Program-made: the position numbers and the translations under genes
From: an uncultured Acidimicrobiales bacterium
Lineage (GTDB): Bacteria; Actinomycetota; Acidimicrobiia; Acidimicrobiales; Hopanoidiivorantaceae
Length of the DNA stretch: 43,065 nucleotides
Direction: 5' to 3'
NCBI GenBank assembly: GCA_964514465.1
Contig: CAZERQ010000053.1
Span: 1 to 43,065 of the forward strand
The notes under the pieces: model-generated
What the model was told of the DNA's origin: nothing
Seen by the model: the letters and a program-made list of their open reading frames with translations, nothing else
Databases searched by the model: none
Shown: positions 9,005 to 18,558 of the stretch, one piece after another
Position numbering within the stretch: position 1 is the stretch's first letter
Layout of the letters: each line of letters starts with the position of its first letter

Positions 9005-9610
9005 ATGGATCGGCAATTTATTCTGGGCGTTGACCTGGACGGCGTCTGCGGCGACTATCTCGGGTCGCTCAAAAAATTCATCGCCGACGACCGCGGCATC
9101 TCCCCCGACGAGCTCACCGACGATGTGTCGTGGAACTGCCCCGAGTGGGATCTGACCACCGAGCAATACGAGGACTATCACACCCGCGCCATCACCGAGC
9201 AGCGGCTGTTTTTGAACATGAGCATGATCCGGGGCGCCAGCCAGGCCCTGTGGGAGCTTTCCAATGCGGGCGTGTGGATCCGCATCATCACCCATCGGCT
9301 GTTTCTGTCGGGCAGCCACGCCATTGTCGCCAGCGATACCGTCCAGTGGCTGGACAACGTCAAGATTCCATATCGGGACATCTGCTTCATCGGCGGCAAG
9401 CAGGATGTCGGCGCGGATTTGTATATCGAGGACAGCCCGGACAATGTGCTGGCGTTGCGCTCGGGCGATCTGGCGGTGGTGGTGTTTGACCAGCCCTACA
9501 ACCGGGAGCTGCCGGGGCCGCGGGCCGCCAACTGGGATGAAGCCCGCCAGATCATTTTGGATTTCCTGCGGCACTATGAGCTGTTTCACCCGAGCCTGCC
9601 GGGATTGTGA
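9005..9610 (+). CDS. 5'(3')-deoxyribonucleotidase (NT5C-like HAD phosphatase)
   Basis: HAD motif I GVDLDGV, motif II IITHR, motif III K, motif IV YIEDSP, and QPYNR. Sits in the deoC cluster. Confidence 0.8.
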   Translation: MDRQFILGVDLDGVCGDYLGSLKKFIADDRGISPDELTDDVSWNCPEWDLTTEQYEDYHTRAITEQRLFLNMSMIRGASQALWELSNAGVWIRIITHRLFLSGSHAIVASDTVQWLDNVKIPYRDICFIGGKQDVGADLYIEDSPDNVLALRSGDLAVVVFDQPYNRELPGPRAANWDEARQIILDFLRHYELFHPSLPGL

Positions 9611-9672
9611 TGCGGGCGGCGGATTGTGAGACAGGTGCCGGGCGCGGCGGCGGGCGGCGCTTGGGACAATTC

Positions 9673-9701
9673 CTGACAGATTCGCTGGGGCCGACTATAA
9701 T
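9673..9701 (+). promoter_or_regulatory. Sigma-70/SigA-type promoter
   Basis: CTGACA (9673-9678), 17-nt spacer, TATAAT (9696-9701), followed by AAGGAG and ATG 9743. Confidence 0.7.
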
Positions 9702-9742
9702 ATATATTGAAAGACTAAGGGAGACCACGAAAGGAGATTAAC

Positions 9743-10042
9743 ATGACCGAACACCCACGCTCGCCAGGTGTGCTTCGCATACTGGTGGCACTATTTTTCA
9801 TTTTTGTTTTCCCAATAATGATGATTGTGGACACAGCCACCGGAGGCGATTTAGAGGGTGGTCAAGTTGTTTTTGGGATCATCATCAGCATAGCCGTCGG
9901 CTGCTGGATTGCCTCAAAGTATGAGCCCGAGAGGGTTGCCACTCGGAATGCTCGCCGGCGGAGACGACACCAGAAGTATTGTCGGATCTGCCAACACGAA
10001 CAGCTCATGGGCGACCATTCGCATTCGCACGAGCACCACTGA
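9743..10042 (+). CDS. Small membrane protein (2 TM) with Arg-rich, CxxC and His-rich tail
   Basis: Strong SD and promoter; two hydrophobic stretches; C-terminus RRRRRHQKYCRICQHEQLMGDHSHSHEHH. Confidence 0.7.
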   Translation: MTEHPRSPGVLRILVALFFIFVFPIMMIVDTATGGDLEGGQVVFGIIISIAVGCWIASKYEPERVATRNARRRRRHQKYCRICQHEQLMGDHSHSHEHH

Positions 10043-10101
10043 CCCGCCAGCGCGCCCGGGTGCGCTGATATGGGCGCGTCTAGCGCGCGTCCACGCCCGC
10101 G

Positions 10102-11037
10102 CTAACTCTGCGGCGCCAACTTGGGCGGCGCCAGCTCGGGCCAGAGTCTCAAGGCAGTCAATCCCAGATAGTCGGCTTGGGCCGGCGCCGGCAGTCCGCT
10201 GGAGGCATTGCGGGCCAGCTCCACCAGTTGGGGATAGCGCAGGTGATGCGTCTGGGGGAAGTCAGAGCCCCACATCAGCCGCTGGCTGCCAAAACGGCGG
10301 GTGAGTTCAGCCAGCAACTCGGGCGCGGCTTGACCGGCTGATTCCAAAACGTTGGTGGTGACCTTGAGGTGCAGGTTGGGTCGCTCGGCCAGACGAAACA
10401 GCGGCTCGGCCTGGTGCCAGGGATCTGAACCGGCGGGCGAACCGGCGGGCGAACCGGCGCCGAAGTCGACAAAGCCGCAATGATCCAGCGCCACGGGCAA
10501 CTCGGGGAATTGCGACAGGACGGCGTCCAGATTGCTGAGCTCGGCAGGCAACAGACAGACGCTGACCCGCACATCCCATTCGGCGCAGGCTCGCCATACC
10601 TCAAAAGTTTCGGGGTCGTCCAGCCAGGAGTTCTCGGGCGTGGGGATGGAGAACAGGCGCACGCCCGACAGCTTTTGCTGCTGGGTCCAAAAGCGAAGTT
10701 TGCCCAGGCGGTCGGGCGAAGTCATGTCTATGACGCAGACCCCGACCAGTTGTGGTGGGCTGGGTTGCACCGCGCCGGACTGCGCGGCGATGGCGTCGGC
10801 GATATAGCTGTTGTCAGTGCCATAGGCGCCGACCGGCTGAACCAACACGCCAGCTTGCACTCCGGCTGAGTCCATCTCCGCCACCAGATCCTCGGCCGTT
10901 GCCGGATTGGTGTGCACCCAGGAGTTGCCCGGCAGATCCTCGGGGCGCAACCGATAGCGCTGGCGGTCGGCTCCCACGGCGTGCAGATGGGTGTCAATCA
11001 GCGGACAGGGGTTTTCAGGTGCCACCGTTATCCACAA
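10102..11037 (-). CDS. Amidohydrolase family protein (Amidohydro_2 type)
   Basis: IDTHLH, DHCG and WGSDFP motifs. Start uncertain (TTG 11037 or GTG 11025). Confidence 0.85.
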   Translation of the reverse strand: MWITVAPENPCPLIDTHLHAVGADRQRYRLRPEDLPGNSWVHTNPATAEDLVAEMDSAGVQAGVLVQPVGAYGTDNSYIADAIAAQSGAVQPSPPQLVGVCVIDMTSPDRLGKLRFWTQQQKLSGVRLFSIPTPENSWLDDPETFEVWRACAEWDVRVSVCLLPAELSNLDAVLSQFPELPVALDHCGFVDFGAGSPAGSPAGSDPWHQAEPLFRLAERPNLHLKVTTNVLESAGQAAPELLAELTRRFGSQRLMWGSDFPQTHHLRYPQLVELARNASSGLPAPAQADYLGLTALRLWPELAPPKLAPQS

Positions 11038-11140
11038 TACCGCGCCTGTCGCGTGCCGTGCCCGCGTCTGCCTTCAACCCGCGTATGCCAAAGATTTGAT
11101 CCCCCGGGCGCGCTCGTCGTCGTCGGCTAAACTCTGTCAT

Positions 11141-12367
11141 ATGATCAGCCACGAAATCCTGGACTTCACCCACTTCCACCAAGCCGAGTTGCCCGAGCGT
11201 CTGGCCGCAGGCAACGGCATGCTCGCTGCCGCCACGTCCAAACCCGGCCGAAGTTTCACTTGGCAGCTGACCGACGGACAAGCCGCGACCTACCGCATCA
11301 CCAAAAACGGAATGGAGGTCTCGTTGCGCGCCAGTGGCGAGGCGGCCCGCGGCGGCGCCAACCCAGCCAACCACAACGTGACCGTGGAAGTCTCCCCGCA
11401 GGACTGGTCGCTGTATGCCCAGGAGTTGAAAAGCTGCTTTGCGCTGCTATACACCGACGGGCTCAAAATGAAATCGGGCAGCTTCGACCAGTTCGCCGCC
11501 TGGGAGCCGACCCTGCTGGCGGCTTACTTCGGGCGGCCGCTCTATGACGAACCCCCCGAGCTCACGGACACCGACGGCCAGCCGCTCCAACTGGGCAAGT
11601 CCTTCACCCTGGACGACGACCCCGCCGAGATCGCGCACTTCTTCCAGACCACCGGCTTCGCCCACTTCCGCAATGTCTTCAGCCCCGCCGAGATTGCCGA
11701 GTTCTCCGCCATCGCCGACACCGCCTCAGCCCAGGCCCACGCCAGCGACAAGCGCTCCTGGTGGGCCACCAAGCAGGACGGCTCGCAGGTGTGCTGTCGG
11801 GTCACCTATCTCAACGACACATATCAGCAGATCGAGGCGCTCAGGGACGACCCCCGACTGCAGCGGATCAGCGACTTTTCGGGCGAGAACCTGCTGCCCA
11901 ACCCCGACCGGCTGGACGGCTATAACGTGGTCATCAAGCACGGCGAGATTGCCGAGGGGCTGTCGGATTTGCCGTGGCACCGCGACTGCGGCATGGGCGG
12001 TCATTCGGTGCTGTGCCCGGGTGTCAATGTCGGCATTCAGCTGGACGCCGCCAACAGCCAAAGCGGGCAGCTTCACTTTCTGGCGGGCTCGCATCACCAT
12101 TCCAATCGGGATATGTCGGTTGAGGCGCACTGGCCGACCGTGGCGGTGGACACCCAGCCGGGCGATGTCACGGCGCACTTCGGCCACACCATGCACGCCG
12201 CTCCTGCGCCCAGCGGGGCCGGGGTCGGGCGCCGGGCGATGTATGTGGGTTTCAAGCGTGCCGAGCTGGACGATTTTGTGCCCGCCGGACAGGGATACAA
12301 CGATGTCTTGTTCCAGCATGACGAGGGACGGATCCGCTCGCCCGAGGAAGTGCAGGCGGCGCGCTAG
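11141..12367 (+). CDS. Phytanoyl-CoA dioxygenase (PhyH) family Fe/2OG enzyme with N-terminal extra domain (possibly SCP2-like)
   Basis: WHRD, LAGSH and distal TMHAA facial-triad motifs. TAAACT 7 nt before ATG 11141 suggests a leaderless start. Confidence 0.8.
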   Translation: MISHEILDFTHFHQAELPERLAAGNGMLAAATSKPGRSFTWQLTDGQAATYRITKNGMEVSLRASGEAARGGANPANHNVTVEVSPQDWSLYAQELKSCFALLYTDGLKMKSGSFDQFAAWEPTLLAAYFGRPLYDEPPELTDTDGQPLQLGKSFTLDDDPAEIAHFFQTTGFAHFRNVFSPAEIAEFSAIADTASAQAHASDKRSWWATKQDGSQVCCRVTYLNDTYQQIEALRDDPRLQRISDFSGENLLPNPDRLDGYNVVIKHGEIAEGLSDLPWHRDCGMGGHSVLCPGVNVGIQLDAANSQSGQLHFLAGSHHHSNRDMSVEAHWPTVAVDTQPGDVTAHFGHTMHAAPAPSGAGVGRRAMYVGFKRAELDDFVPAGQGYNDVLFQHDEGRIRSPEEVQAAR

Positions 12368-12423
12368 GGGGTACGGCGCGCTAGGGGGTACGGCGCGCTA
12401 GCCGGGTCTGCGGCGCGCTAGCC
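12357..12423. repeat. Tandem repeat forming the whole convergent intergenic gap
   Basis: CGGCGCGCTAG at 12357, 12374, 12391 and 12411. The first copy holds the PhyH stop and the last holds the hydantoinase B stop. Confidence 0.9.
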
Positions 12424-14163
12424 GCGGTCGCGCCGGGCCACCGCACCCTTCGGCTTGGGCCCCCTACCGCCGCCCGGCCCCCAGCCACCGCCGCCCGGAG
12501 TCAGCATACGTATAATGTCGCCAGCCCGGGTTCGCAGGGTTACCTTGTCGGGCAACTTGACGGGCGCAGACGGATTGTCCCGCGGAACCAGCCAGTTCTC
12601 CCCTGTGGCTCCGGGTTCGCCTCCGGCCAGACCCCACGGCTGACTCTGGCGCCGCTCGGTTATCAGCGACACCACGGCCGGCTCCAAAATGGCGATGTCG
12701 CGCTGGATGCCGTCGCCGCCGCGATGCTGGCCCGCGCCGCCTGAACCCTGACGGATCTTGAGGCACTCGACCCGCATGGGGAAGGCCCGCTCCAAAGCCT
12801 CGATCGGAGTGTTCTGGGTGTTGGTCATGCAGGTGTGCACGCCGCTCATGCCGTCCTTGTTGGGTCTGGCGCCCTGGCCGGCAGCCACCGTTTCGTAATA
12901 TACCCAGCTGCGGTCGCCGCCTGGGTTTTGGTCGCCGCTCGACTTCTGTCCGTCCACCTGCATCTGTCCGTCCCCCAACCCCTGCCCTCCAATCAGGATG
13001 TTGTTCATGGTGCCGGCCGAAGCCGCGCCGACCTTCTCGGGCACAATCTGCGCCAAAGCTCCCAGGCACACATCAGCGATGCGCTGGCTCAACTCCACAT
13101 TGCCCGCTCCCACAGCCGCGGGCGGACGGGCATCCACCAGACTGCCGGGCTCGGTGATCAGCTTGACCGGACGAGTCGCTCCGCCGTTGGCTGGTATCTG
13201 CGGATCGGTTGCCGTGCGCAGGGCGAACGCCACGCAGCTTTCGGTGACCGCCCGCACTGCGTTGGCGCTGCCGGCGACCTGGGAGTCGGTGCCGGTGAAG
13301 TCGAAGGTGATCTCGTCGGCGGCGATGCTGAGAGTCAGACTGATGCTGCGGGGCTGCTGCTGGTGCGGCTCGGGGCCGAAGCTGTCCAGCACGTCCTGGA
13401 AGTGCCAGGTGCCGTCGGGCAGGGACGACAGATTGGCGCGCATCAGCCGTTCGCCATAGGCCAGGACTTGGCTGAAGCTGGCAGAGGGGTCGGCGGCGCC
13501 CGAGGGGTTGGCGGCGTTCTCCTGTGACATGGTCGCGCACAACTCGGCCAGGCGAGCGGCCCCGCTTATGTTGGCGCCCAGCTGCGCGTCTATGTCGCCC
13601 CGGCGCTCGGTTGGGGTGCGGGAGTTGGCTTCGATCAGGGCGGCCACCTCGGGAGTGAAGCTAAGCGGCGGCAGGCGCAGGCCCTCCTGGAATATCTCGG
13701 TGGCATCGGCCGGCATGGATCCGGGCGCGCCTCCGCCAAGGTCGGCATGATGGGCGCGGTTGGCGACCCAGCCCAGCAACTGCGGCGGGTCGGTGTTGGA
13801 CGGCGGGTCGGGGTTGGACGGCACGGTGGACGAAGGCACGCTGAAGCAAGGCGCCACCAGGGTAACGTCGTTGAGATGGGTTCCGCCGGCAAACGGGTCG
13901 TTGACGATGAACTGGTCACCCGGGCGGCAGCTGTCGCCGAACTGTGCCAGCACCGCGGCCACCGAAGCCGGCATGGATCCCAGATGGACTGGGATGTGCT
14001 CGGCCTGGGCCAGCAGCTCGCCATCGGGTGCGAAGATGGCCGAGGAGCAGTCGGCGCGCTCCTTGATGTTGGGACTGAATGACGCCCGCCGCAACACCAC
14101 GCCCATCTGTTGGGCGATGCCGGCTAGTCGGCTGAGCAGCACTTCGAGGCTGGCTGGATCCAT
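12418..14163 (-). CDS. Hydantoinase B / 5-oxoprolinase beta subunit
   Basis: SPNIKERADCS, HIPVHLGSM, NDPFAGGTHLND, HHADLGG, GTMNN, NTPIEALE and TPGGGGWG. Confidence 0.92.
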   Translation of the reverse strand: MDPASLEVLLSRLAGIAQQMGVVLRRASFSPNIKERADCSSAIFAPDGELLAQAEHIPVHLGSMPASVAAVLAQFGDSCRPGDQFIVNDPFAGGTHLNDVTLVAPCFSVPSSTVPSNPDPPSNTDPPQLLGWVANRAHHADLGGGAPGSMPADATEIFQEGLRLPPLSFTPEVAALIEANSRTPTERRGDIDAQLGANISGAARLAELCATMSQENAANPSGAADPSASFSQVLAYGERLMRANLSSLPDGTWHFQDVLDSFGPEPHQQQPRSISLTLSIAADEITFDFTGTDSQVAGSANAVRAVTESCVAFALRTATDPQIPANGGATRPVKLITEPGSLVDARPPAAVGAGNVELSQRIADVCLGALAQIVPEKVGAASAGTMNNILIGGQGLGDGQMQVDGQKSSGDQNPGGDRSWVYYETVAAGQGARPNKDGMSGVHTCMTNTQNTPIEALERAFPMRVECLKIRQGSGGAGQHRGGDGIQRDIAILEPAVVSLITERRQSQPWGLAGGEPGATGENWLVPRDNPSAPVKLPDKVTLRTRAGDIIRMLTPGGGGWGPGGGRGPKPKGAVARRDRG

Positions 14164-14215
14164 CGTCTTATCCCTGTCTCACACCCGCCGTGTTCCCGTC
14201 GTATTCCCGCCGCTC

Positions 14216-16084
14216 TCAAACCCGCCGCAACACCAGCGAACCCGCCCGCCCCAGTTCGCTGCGCCAACCCTCGCCCACCCAGATGGTGGTGTCCGCCTCG
14301 GTGATGACGGCCGGCCCAGCCACGACCTCGCGCTCGACATCGGGCAGCGGCACCTCAAGGCTGGCCCGCGCCACGCACCGCACGGCCGTTATCTCCACCG
14401 GGGTGTCGGGCCTGCTGTAGCCGTTTTGCTGGTGGTGCTGGCGGTGGAACAGCTCGGGGGACGGCACCTGTATCTCGTGGCTCTGTCCGCTGTATCTGCA
14501 GTCGAAGCTGGTGGTGATCTCGTCTGCTTCGGGCAGCTGCTTTTGCGCCTGGGCCCGCAGTCGGTCGGCCGCGGCTTGGGCTCCCGGGTGGTCTAGCAGC
14601 GCACCCCAGGACTGCACCAGGTCAACTTGTCGGGGCGCGCCCAGGATGCCCACGGCCGATAGCGCGCCAGCCCGGGGCGGAATGATGACGGCGCCCATGT
14701 CCAGCAGCTCGGCCAGCTCGCAGGCATGCAGCGGGCCCGCTCCGCCGAAAGCCACCAGCGCCAGCTCGCGGGGGTCGATGCCTTGCCGGGTGGTGACTGC
14801 CCGTAGCGCCTGCTCCATGTTGGTGTTGACCACTTCCAGCACACCCCGGGGATCGATGCCGGTGCGGTCGAACGCCTGGCGGGCGGCTTCGGGTTGGAGC
14901 GCGCCCAGGTTGCCGAGTTGGGCTTCGGGAGACAGGCGGCCGCAGACCAGATTGGCATCGGTGACTGTGGGGAGTTGCCCGCCCAAACCATAGCAGGCCG
15001 GGCCGGGTCGGGCTCCGGCGCTTTGCGGGCCGACCTTGAGCGCGCCGCCTGAATCGATGTGGGCGATGGAGCCGCCGCCCGCGCCGATGGTCAGGACGTC
15101 CAGCGCCATGACCCGCACGGGGTAGCCGTCAATGCTTCGCTGGGCGGCCGGGGCGGGCTGGCCGTTTTGGATCAGACAGATGTCGGTGCTGGTGCCGCCC
15201 ATGTCCAGGCTGACGACGTTGGGGAGGTCGTTGAGGGTGGCGTAGTGGGCGGCTGCCTTGACGCCTCCCGCGGGGCCCGACAGCAGCAGACGGGCAGGAG
15301 CTTCGGCGGCTTGTTCGGCTGGCAGCAGCCCGCCGGCCGAGGTCATCACCAGAACTTGGGGGGCGAGCTGGCTGAGGTCTTTTAGGTAGCTGCGGCAGCG
15401 GGGTCTCAGATAGCTGTTTAGGACGGTGGTGGAGGCCCGTTCGTATTCTCGGAATTCCGGGGCGATTTCGTGGGAGCAGGTTATGTCAGGGGTGGCGGTT
15501 GCTGAGCCTGCGTCCGCGCTCGCCGCGTTCGTGCCCGCGTCCGGCCCCGCACCCGCGTCCGCCAAGAAATCACGCACCGCCTGCTCGTGAGCCGGGTTGA
15601 GGTCGCTGTGCAGCAGACACACGGCTATGGCCTCGGTGTCCGGCGGCAACCGCGGCAACTCGTCCAGCTTCAGCGCGATGATTTCGGCACCGCTGGCGTC
15701 CAGTCGCCCGGGCACTTCCAAGCGGTGCTGGCGGTCAACCAGGGGAGCCGGCCGGTCGGCAAAAGGGTCATACAGCGAAGGGCGATCCTGGCGGGCAATC
15801 TCAATGATGTCGCCGAAGCCCTGATTGCAGACCAGCGCCACCCGAGCTCCCTTGCGCTCAAGCAGTGCGTTGGTGGCGACGGTGGTGCCGTGGGTGAGCT
15901 CCTGGAGGGGCGTTTGGTCAGCAGTCGCTAGGTCAGCAATGTCCTCCCCTTGCTGCAGTTGGGCTATGCCCGCGGCCACCGCTTCGGCCGGATTGTCGGG
16001 CGTGGACAGCACCTTGACCACCTGACCGCTGGGCGACACCAAATCGGTGAAAGTGCCTCCCGTGTCGCTGCCTATGCGCCACAT
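14216..16084 (-). CDS. Hydantoinase A / 5-oxoprolinase ATP-binding subunit
   Basis: DTGGTFTD, HGTTVATNALLE, SGPAGG, DMGGTSTD, GAGGGSI and FGGAGPLHA. Confidence 0.93.
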   Translation of the reverse strand: MWRIGSDTGGTFTDLVSPSGQVVKVLSTPDNPAEAVAAGIAQLQQGEDIADLATADQTPLQELTHGTTVATNALLERKGARVALVCNQGFGDIIEIARQDRPSLYDPFADRPAPLVDRQHRLEVPGRLDASGAEIIALKLDELPRLPPDTEAIAVCLLHSDLNPAHEQAVRDFLADAGAGPDAGTNAASADAGSATATPDITCSHEIAPEFREYERASTTVLNSYLRPRCRSYLKDLSQLAPQVLVMTSAGGLLPAEQAAEAPARLLLSGPAGGVKAAAHYATLNDLPNVVSLDMGGTSTDICLIQNGQPAPAAQRSIDGYPVRVMALDVLTIGAGGGSIAHIDSGGALKVGPQSAGARPGPACYGLGGQLPTVTDANLVCGRLSPEAQLGNLGALQPEAARQAFDRTGIDPRGVLEVVNTNMEQALRAVTTRQGIDPRELALVAFGGAGPLHACELAELLDMGAVIIPPRAGALSAVGILGAPRQVDLVQSWGALLDHPGAQAAADRLRAQAQKQLPEADEITTSFDCRYSGQSHEIQVPSPELFHRQHHQQNGYSRPDTPVEITAVRCVARASLEVPLPDVEREVVAGPAVITEADTTIWVGEGWRSELGRAGSLVLRRV

Positions 16085-16236
16085 ATTCCTGTTTCAGCCG
16101 TTGCGCCAACCCCGGCTTCGGCCCCGGCCTCGCCCCCGGCTGTCGCGCCACATATTCCTGTCCCGGCCATTACGCCAGATATCCAAGTCATAAATTATTT
16201 AAAGTCTAAACTCTATTTTGGCTAAACGATATTGGG

Positions 16237-16264
16237 CAAAAATGTCAGACCCCCCTGCCAAAAT
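16237..16264 (+). promoter_or_regulatory. RecA-NDp/PafBC-like promoter, copy 1
   Basis: TGTCAG (16243-16248), N10, CAAAAT (16259-16264), 7 nt before ATG 16272. The 18 bp CAAAAATGTCAGACCCCC are identical to 21566-21583. The -10 has C instead of the consensus first T. Confidence 0.55.
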
Positions 16265-16271
16265 ATGCATT

Positions 16272-17129
16272 ATGACTAAAACCGACCCGCAATCCCAAAC
16301 CCCCAGGGCCGCGCCCAATCGAGCCTCTCCCGGCGAAACCGCGTCCCACCAGACCGCGCCCAGCCGGGCATCTCCCGCACCCGCGCTGTCTGGCAGGGTC
16401 GCGCTGATCACCGGCGCCGGACGGGGCATCGGTCGCGCCGTGGCCGAGCGGCTGGCGCAGGCGGGGGCAGCCGTGGTTTGTGCCGCCCGCAGTGCCGACC
16501 AGATCGAAGAGGTGGCCGCAGGCATAGTCGCATCCGGCGGGCGGGCCGTGGCGGTGGAGGCGGACGTGAGCGTGCGCGAGTCGGTCAGCCAGCTTGTGGC
16601 GCGGACGCTGGAAGCCTTCGGGCAGCTGGACATACTGGTGGCCAACGCCGGCGCGGTGCATCCATTCCAGTTGGCCTGCGACATCGACGACCGGGACTGG
16701 CAGCGCATGCTGGACGTCAATTTGAGCGGGGTGCATTACTGTTGCGTGGAAGCGACTGAGGCGCTGTCCGACGGCGAAGGCGGCCACATAATTATCATGG
16801 GGTCAGGACAGGGGCATCGTCCCAGCGAGGGTCTGGCAGGTTATTGCGCCACCAAGGCGGCAGTGGCGATGTATGCGCGGGTGCTGGGGCTGGAGCTGCG
16901 GCCAAAAGGTGTCTGCGTGAACGAGCTGGTGCCGGGGCCGGTGCGCACCGAGCTTTTGGCTGGCTTGGTGAACCAGCCGCTGGAGGCGCTTCATTCAGAC
17001 GATTTTCAGATCGCCGGCGACTGGGTGAAGAACCCCGAGGATGTGGCCGAATATGTTCTGTTTCTGGCCAGCCAGCCGACCCACGGCGCCAGCGGCCAGA
17101 GATTCAGCATGTTGCGGCGTGACGGCTAG
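16272..17129 (+). CDS. Short-chain dehydrogenase/reductase (SDR)
   Basis: TGAGRGIG, ANAG and catalytic YCATK. Confidence 0.92.
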   Translation: MTKTDPQSQTPRAAPNRASPGETASHQTAPSRASPAPALSGRVALITGAGRGIGRAVAERLAQAGAAVVCAARSADQIEEVAAGIVASGGRAVAVEADVSVRESVSQLVARTLEAFGQLDILVANAGAVHPFQLACDIDDRDWQRMLDVNLSGVHYCCVEATEALSDGEGGHIIIMGSGQGHRPSEGLAGYCATKAAVAMYARVLGLELRPKGVCVNELVPGPVRTELLAGLVNQPLEALHSDDFQIAGDWVKNPEDVAEYVLFLASQPTHGASGQRFSMLRRDG

Positions 17130-17167
17130 CCGGCGGACAAAGTTTGTCATATCCAAGGACAGGTAAG

Positions 17168-17926
17168 ATGACCACAATAGTTCAAAACCCCCATTTGGCC
17201 CGCAGGCTGACGGAACCAGTGGAGCCCGCTTCAATTGAAATAGAGGAAAGCGACTTCAGGGATTTCCTTGGCAAGCTGGAATCCAACAGCATTGACCTCA
17301 TCTTGACAGATCCTCCCTACACAATCAGTCGAGACACGGGCTTTGCCAAAGTCAAAAATGGCGTTGACCGGTTTGCGGTGAGCATGGATTTCGGGGAATG
17401 GGATAAGGCGGAAATTGACCTTGACATTTTGGCAAGCGAGGCATATCGCACTCTGAAACGGGGAGGCACAGCCATAATCTGGTATGACCTCTGGAAGATA
17501 ACCAAACTGGAGCTTGCCATGAAGCAAGCGGGTTTCAAAATGTTGCGACTTGTCATCTGGCAAAAAACTAACCCAGTCCCCCTGAACCAGAGAGCCACCT
17601 ATCTTTCAAACAGCCGAGAGATTGCCGTTGTTGGCGTCAAGGGTGGGAAGCCAGTGTTTAACGGAAAATATCACAACGGAATTTACGAATATCCAATACC
17701 ACGACACAATGGCAAGCGGATTCATCCAACTCAAAAGCCGCTGGATTTGTTTGTCGATCTGGTTGAAATGCACAGCCGGCCGGGTGATCTTGTGGTTGAC
17801 CCATTTTTGGGAGGCGGCACAACTGCTGTGGCAGCTCTGCAGACAGACAGGTGTTTTGCGGGTTGTGATATTTCTTCAAAATACGTGCAGGCTTCAATCG
17901 ATCGCCTGAGGGAGTTAGCGAAGTGA
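17168..17926 (+). CDS. DNA amino-methyltransferase, beta-class (N6-A/N4-C)
   Basis: Motif IV DPPY precedes HPTQKP and motif I DPFLGGG (beta order). AT-richer than flanking genes. Confidence 0.93.
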   Translation: MTTIVQNPHLARRLTEPVEPASIEIEESDFRDFLGKLESNSIDLILTDPPYTISRDTGFAKVKNGVDRFAVSMDFGEWDKAEIDLDILASEAYRTLKRGGTAIIWYDLWKITKLELAMKQAGFKMLRLVIWQKTNPVPLNQRATYLSNSREIAVVGVKGGKPVFNGKYHNGIYEYPIPRHNGKRIHPTQKPLDLFVDLVEMHSRPGDLVVDPFLGGGTTAVAALQTDRCFAGCDISSKYVQASIDRLRELAK

Positions 17927-18558
17927 GCAAAAAAATTGCAGCTAGCCAAGGGCACAAAAGCAAGAGGGAGTTATTCTTGGAACTCGCCCAACCGGACAAG
18001 GATGGCTTTTCGCGAGAAGTGAATATCGCTGAATTTGTGGGGCGTTATGAAAGATTAAGATTTGGCAACGGCGCGGACTGGTGTCGTGACGATTCCACAC
18101 TTGCCAAAACTTACAATGTCGTCCGTCATAAGCAGGGCAACAAGATCCATGCAATTGAGCTGCATGGGCTAAAGAAGGTGCCGATTTCCAAGCCTATACC
18201 CAAAAAAATTCGCTCAGAAATCGTCCAACAGAGATGCGTGGTTTTGGATGTCGGAAAAGTCGAGTGCGACCACAAGGATGGGCGGCGCGATGATCCGAGA
18301 TTGAACGATCCAACACTCGTTACGCTGGACGATTTTCAGCCGCTGTCCAAAGCAGCCAACAATGCCAAACGGCAGCACTGCAAGAATTGCAGGGAAACGA
18401 ACCTGCGTTTTGATGCCCGTAAGCTGGGATATAACGTGTCCCAAGTCAAGGGGAACGGCCACTACAGGGGCACATGCATCGGCTGCTATTGGCACGATCC
18501 CAAATTCTTCAACCAAGAAGCCACCAAACCAGACACGACCAAAGGACAACCCCAATGA
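17923..18558 (+). CDS. NlaIII/IceA-like HNH type II restriction endonuclease
   Basis: ELFLELAQPD...GFSR, GNGADWCR, DHKDGR, FQPLSKAANNAKRQHCKNC and CIGCYWHDP match my recollection of R.NlaIII/IceA1 motifs. GTGA overlap with the MTase stop. Confidence 0.82.
   Translation: MSKKIAASQGHKSKRELFLELAQPDKDGFSREVNIAEFVGRYERLRFGNGADWCRDDSTLAKTYNVVRHKQGNKIHAIELHGLKKVPISKPIPKKIRSEIVQQRCVVLDVGKVECDHKDGRRDDPRLNDPTLVTLDDFQPLSKAANNAKRQHCKNCRETNLRFDARKLGYNVSQVKGNGHYRGTCIGCYWHDPKFFNQEATKPDTTKGQPQ

Noticed and set aside
12357-12423. Repeat clusters (also 24235-24290 and 37695-37738) as a CRISPR array
   Set aside because: Units are 8-20 bp, with no unique spacers of CRISPR length and no cas genes in the window.
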